A stretch of 64,000 nt of DNA, from contig JBMORA010000030.1 of assembly GCA_049320885.1 (NCBI GenBank), positions 32,001-96,000 of the forward strand, in the 5' to 3' direction. The notes beneath the pieces are model-generated. The model had not been told where the DNA came from and did no database searches. It saw nothing but the letters and a program-made list of their open reading frames with translations. Source of the stretch: Thermodesulfobacteriota bacterium (lineage in GTDB: Bacteria > Desulfobacterota > Desulfobacteria > Desulfobacterales > SURF-7). The position numbers were made by a program, and so were the translations under genes. Below, one piece after another: positions 61,401-64,000 of the stretch (its first letter is position 1; every line of letters starts with the position of its first letter).

Positions 61401-62126
61401 CGTCATCTGCGCAGCGGCGAGACCCTGAAGTTCCAGGATGATAATGGCGAACTGACCCTGGTCTCCGGCGAAATCCGCTCCAAAGGCATCATGCAAGATA
61501 TCTCCGGCATCCTGGACAACGGCCGCTCCGTCAGCTTCCGGTACAACACCGTCACCGGCCATATCACGGACCGGACCCTCAGTCAGGACGTGAACTTCAA
61601 ACCGGATGAGGCTTACCGGAATCTGTACGACAAATCCCACGGGAACATGCTGCGGTTCTACGATCTGAATGACGAAGCCACGCGGTTGGCGTTTGTCAAC
61701 AACATGGCGCAGACGGTGGGGAATATCATCGGGGTTGATGAAGTCCAGACAGTTGGGGCTCATGGCGGGCTTGATGCGTCTCTCGGGGTGAACGCAGGAA
61801 AAAAAGGTTTTGATCTGTCTGGAGGCTTGGATCTGTCTTTTTCAAGCAGACAAAAAATAAACCAGGTAAGCGCATCTCTCCTTCATGTAATCAAAGAGTC
61901 CGAAGACAAAAATGGGAAAGTCGATTATGAAAAGGCCGAATCTTTATTGCGGAATGAATGTGATGGCCTGACAAGGCGAGGATATAAGGCCGGGAAAATC
62001 GGGTTGACCAGTGAATCGCTTGACGGGCAGGCTGCCAGGGAACATTTTCAGGAGAGATTTGATAAGGTACAGGATCAAATCATACCACCTTCAATAAAAA
62101 AAAGTGCCGATCCTCCTGACACCTGA
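58374..62126 (+). CDS. traG: F-type T4SS TraG (mating-pair stabilisation)
   Basis: Multi-TM N-terminal region (D.....Q..IADVP.G) and long hydrophilic C-terminus; follows traH. Start is uncertain (58341/58365/58374). Confidence 0.88.
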   Translation: MRAIGIFFRSFITKSCKSCPSCLKTKYKPTIFLYILIFCCLPSAAAAAVPSSLQTITVQGGFDVYAQTFRRLALIMSDTRYNNLFFTFIVVGIFIAGCVVIGHAVFEGKDRMHSWVAWLGAVVFGLIIFKTFIQPRSPLVIHDESSNQSVTIADVPDGVIFVAGLAKKIENGLIHIIETSGSPDSYIDNPGGVTFNIFSKAFAKGVDLSGVGATGGYLNTNLRSYVKDCLFFEIARPGTTLTLDQININTDFIPIFAQGSNPALFTVYRDNSHPTGVTDSCYSAWAQIQTELLSLTETSSANEKYWTERCLRAGYNHNVVGAVGPDMVTLCRTKAAELLSNARLLGVALTSSQLMRQHLMASELYGALQEANPDSAIRMSGAMNMGSSLVGAGIVAGEWMPHMQAMLFAVFVGIMPFFLILAATPFYARVISFILGAFVFFVSWGVCDALLHEFAMDKALDIMTEIRNGQLGLKSFLLFQSDSMKAYACFAQYKIMSIMFAGIFAGVLTRIGGSMWAKTLGAPGSQMSRFGAIASGETIDPVRSAGRKSALTEAVPAEVLHDRYGMANQARTNLYARATEYQTKEAAVNAFGGISADPLPAADVMSGANLTQLTEKVAHADAVQAWGNAHGLSSDDTIRMTRDYLQHASASSALAMNKIAREYNISPMEALDFAKHIQTETGYGDALGVERAYQSATQDGFSGTIADYQAMRAEIDSRKGFLTAGAVRKMAETYFDGNTQQLLRHEAEYSQSQTAAMLRNFSNHRAAPEEVGEAIGRAKSFEALAKEEHLFAAGDHTYFLTQSGQLYEAAVKHLRRNAVDEIASQGSLSGQTLADIKALQDTDMGRTQLRAQGGLETTIRGEREAHNFSRYLETQGVAVQSRDLVGARTSLNLYTDNDGNLKTGFIAVNKGTVITSQDYKEYKGALSKDQAQKLGLTREGFYSIKSSPAGGAALLVHGESGRMFTKSDLHVEKNSNDGYQVVYRNPETGETGYTELSQGTEAKDVASTVRHLRSGETLKFQDDNGELTLVSGEIRSKGIMQDISGILDNGRSVSFRYNTVTGHITDRTLSQDVNFKPDEAYRNLYDKSHGNMLRFYDLNDEATRLAFVNNMAQTVGNIIGVDEVQTVGAHGGLDASLGVNAGKKGFDLSGGLDLSFSSRQKINQVSASLLHVIKESEDKNGKVDYEKAESLLRNECDGLTRRGYKAGKIGLTSESLDGQAAREHFQERFDKVQDQIIPPSIKKSADPPDT

Positions 62127-62152
62127 TTGTTGAAGGGAACATTTTCTGCAAT

Positions 62153-62380
62153 CTATTCGTCAAGAGGTCGGCAAGGTATTTTGGATGAAGGAGTATCAGA
62201 AAGACCGGCTGCAAAGTTCACCCATTGTCGCCTTTTTTTATACGCATCGATCCTCGCAGACGGATTTTCATCCGAACCTTCAGGACGAGATCGCGGCAAC
62301 GAATCGATTTTCTTCTCGATCATGATGAACAGAACAACAATGAAATATATGACGATAAGGACCGTCACGATCGTTCCCAT
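62153..62380 (-). CDS. Small membrane protein, candidate entry-exclusion factor
   Basis: N-terminal TM helix; convergent on traG. Confidence 0.5.
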   Translation of the reverse strand: MGTIVTVLIVIYFIVVLFIMIEKKIDSLPRSRPEGSDENPSARIDAYKKRRQWVNFAAGLSDTPSSKIPCRPLDE

Positions 62381-62829
62381 GGTTTGCGTCCTTTATTATT
62401 TGTGTTTCCTCAGCGAAAAAGGCGCCAGGCGTTGTCATTCAGACGAAAGCCCTGCACGAAATGAAGTTCAGCTCTATCCAGATGGATGCTGGATGCCGGA
62501 TCAGGCCCGATATTACGGAATCAGGAAATTCCACACCGGGATCGTAACAGCTATTTCGGTTGGATGAAAACGATGTACCACTTTCAGAGGCGATCTTCAA
62601 GAAATTCTAACAAAGGGATAATACTGGTAAGGAACGTGTCTGGTAAATATTGTGAAAGGAGAAACAAATGGCTGGCCGAACCGGGTATCGACCAAATTGA
62701 TTATGCAAAAACAATAAGGGCAACATCCGAATTGTTTCGTCAGCCCTATATGTGCCGGCGATATGTAACCGCAGACTGTTTCGAATCGCATCTTGAAAAA
62801 CTTTCCGATGATCCGTCGCGGGTCAAAAA

Positions 62830-63747
62830 TTATCGTTGCCATGGGCCTGGTGCTTTCCATCTCACCGGATCAAGTTGATTATTTACAATACACTCCACCA
62901 TGGGCTTCAGAAAAAGAGAAACACCGAAAACCACCTCCTCGAAGGTATCCGAGTCACTATCCATCCGGTTTTTTCGGCAAAAAGCCTTCCATTGGGCATA
63001 TTTCATTTCATCCTTCATGAAAATTTCTGTGAAAGCGATGGGATTCATCGGAATGGTGGTGTGACGTGTTGAAAAGGTTTTCTTGATCGCCGTTGCCAGC
63101 GTATTTCCGTCGAAATCAAACCGCTGGGAAAGAAGCCGGATATCCCAAAAATCTTTCATGCGGCTGTTTATGATGCCCCGTCTGACCATCGCCTCGAACT
63201 TCTCTGCAATCATGCTTTCTTTGCTGTATCCGCGGATTTTCGGTGCCGGCAGGTCGAGAATCGTAGGATATGCCATCATCTCCGGCGATGGAATCACAAC
63301 GTCGCCGAAACCGATGTCAAGCTGAAGAGTAATACGCGCATTACCCAACAATCCGCGGAAGTGGACGCGCACCCCTTCATAGTCGGCTTCTTCGGTAATA
63401 ATCTGTCCCCGGATGCTATCCGGGTCGAAAACAATCCCATCCGGCTCCACCTTCTGAAGGCATACTTCCCGGACCATGGCGATGATAGAATCCGTGCTGT
63501 TTTTAATTTTTCCCAACATGTCGATGTCCATCGTGGACCGGAGTGAGCGAACCTCCCATACCATGAGCATCAGCGCTCCTTTGAGAATGAATTTCTCGGC
63601 ATATGAAGACCGGGAAAAACGGTATAGAAAGCGTTCGATCGCGTAGTATTGGAACAGCTCGTTAAACGGGCGGGCGGATTCTTGCGACTTGTTGAGCAGG
63701 CGCTGATGAACAGAAGCAGCGATGTTACGCGGGTTGGGGCTTGTCAT
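62830..63747 (-). CDS. AbiEii/AbiGii-family nucleotidyltransferase toxin
   Basis: ERFLYR, FILKGALML, R.T.DID, AEKFEAM and NSRMKDF.D motifs. Confidence 0.92.
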   Translation of the reverse strand: MTSPNPRNIAASVHQRLLNKSQESARPFNELFQYYAIERFLYRFSRSSYAEKFILKGALMLMVWEVRSLRSTMDIDMLGKIKNSTDSIIAMVREVCLQKVEPDGIVFDPDSIRGQIITEEADYEGVRVHFRGLLGNARITLQLDIGFGDVVIPSPEMMAYPTILDLPAPKIRGYSKESMIAEKFEAMVRRGIINSRMKDFWDIRLLSQRFDFDGNTLATAIKKTFSTRHTTIPMNPIAFTEIFMKDEMKYAQWKAFCRKNRMDSDSDTFEEVVFGVSLFLKPMVECIVNNQLDPVRWKAPGPWQR

Positions 63748-64000
63748 AGAGTCGCCTCAACATATGGACGAATGACCTTCTCGACCCGGCACACCCTGGC
63801 ATAATGCATCAGTTCATCGACCTTGAACCGCTTTCTCTGCCGATAATTCTTCAGGGCTTCCAGGACGACATCAAGACCGATTTTATTCCTATACTTGAAG
63901 CAGTCGGCCAGGGTCTTCTCCGGGCTGTAAACTTGCATGGGGATATCGTCTACAGCGTGTTTTTCGATCCCTTCCTCATAAGCAGGGCTGCCAAACCAGA
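63744..64000 (-). CDS. AbiEi-family antitoxin (3' part; start lies beyond the window)
   Basis: VYSPEKTLADCFKYRNKIGLDV..EAL; ATGA overlap with the toxin gene. Confidence 0.88.
   Translation of the reverse strand, partial: WFGSPAYEEGIEKHAVDDIPMQVYSPEKTLADCFKYRNKIGLDVVLEALKNYRQRKRFKVDELMHYARVCRVEKVIRPYVEATL

Larger units (their letters stand above)
43991..64000. mobile_element. Integrative conjugative element with F-type T4SS inserted at the tRNA-Arg 3' end (continues past the window)
   Basis: Integrase convergent on the tRNA; xis, rep-like, relaxase-like and tra genes; TA module. The far att site is not in the window. Confidence 0.88.

Noticed and set aside
62486..62878. Overlapping ORFs on both strands between the exclusion candidate and abiEii
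   Set aside because: No recognisable motifs or convincing starts; probably non-coding or remnant DNA.

Overview
Chromosomal window from what looks like a Desulfobacterales-type deltaproteobacterium (inferred from gene content and style). Bases 1-32.3 kb are mostly housekeeping: sugar-nucleotide and envelope genes, purB, an attenuator-controlled ilvDBNC-cimA-leuA operon, pyrD, a clustered futalosine menaquinone pathway, an uncharacterised ParA/Zn-ribbon/FGE-domain cluster, and xerD. Bases 32.4-41.7 kb look like an accreted island downstream of tRNA-Pro: arsR-mddA-like-arsM, a compositionally foreign nqrM-like/nqrABCDEF operon and an ihf paralogue. purA, tadA and tRNA-Arg(ACG) follow. From about 44 kb to the window end lies an integrative conjugative element inserted at tRNA-Arg. 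Its leftward operon encodes a truncated NusA paralogue, an HTH protein, a Rep-like protein with internal 24-bp repeats and a 19-bp palindrome, a sigma-70-like factor, an excisionase and an integrase. Its rightward operon encodes an HD-domain relaxase-like protein and F-type traALEKBVC-H-G, with two unusual 9-nt-periodic inverted-repeat elements at tra gene junctions. A candidate entry-exclusion gene and an AbiE type IV toxin-antitoxin pair follow. The best candidates for a novel system are the element-encoded NusA plus sigma transcription module and the periodic hairpin elements. All family assignments were made by eye from motifs; no database searches were run.
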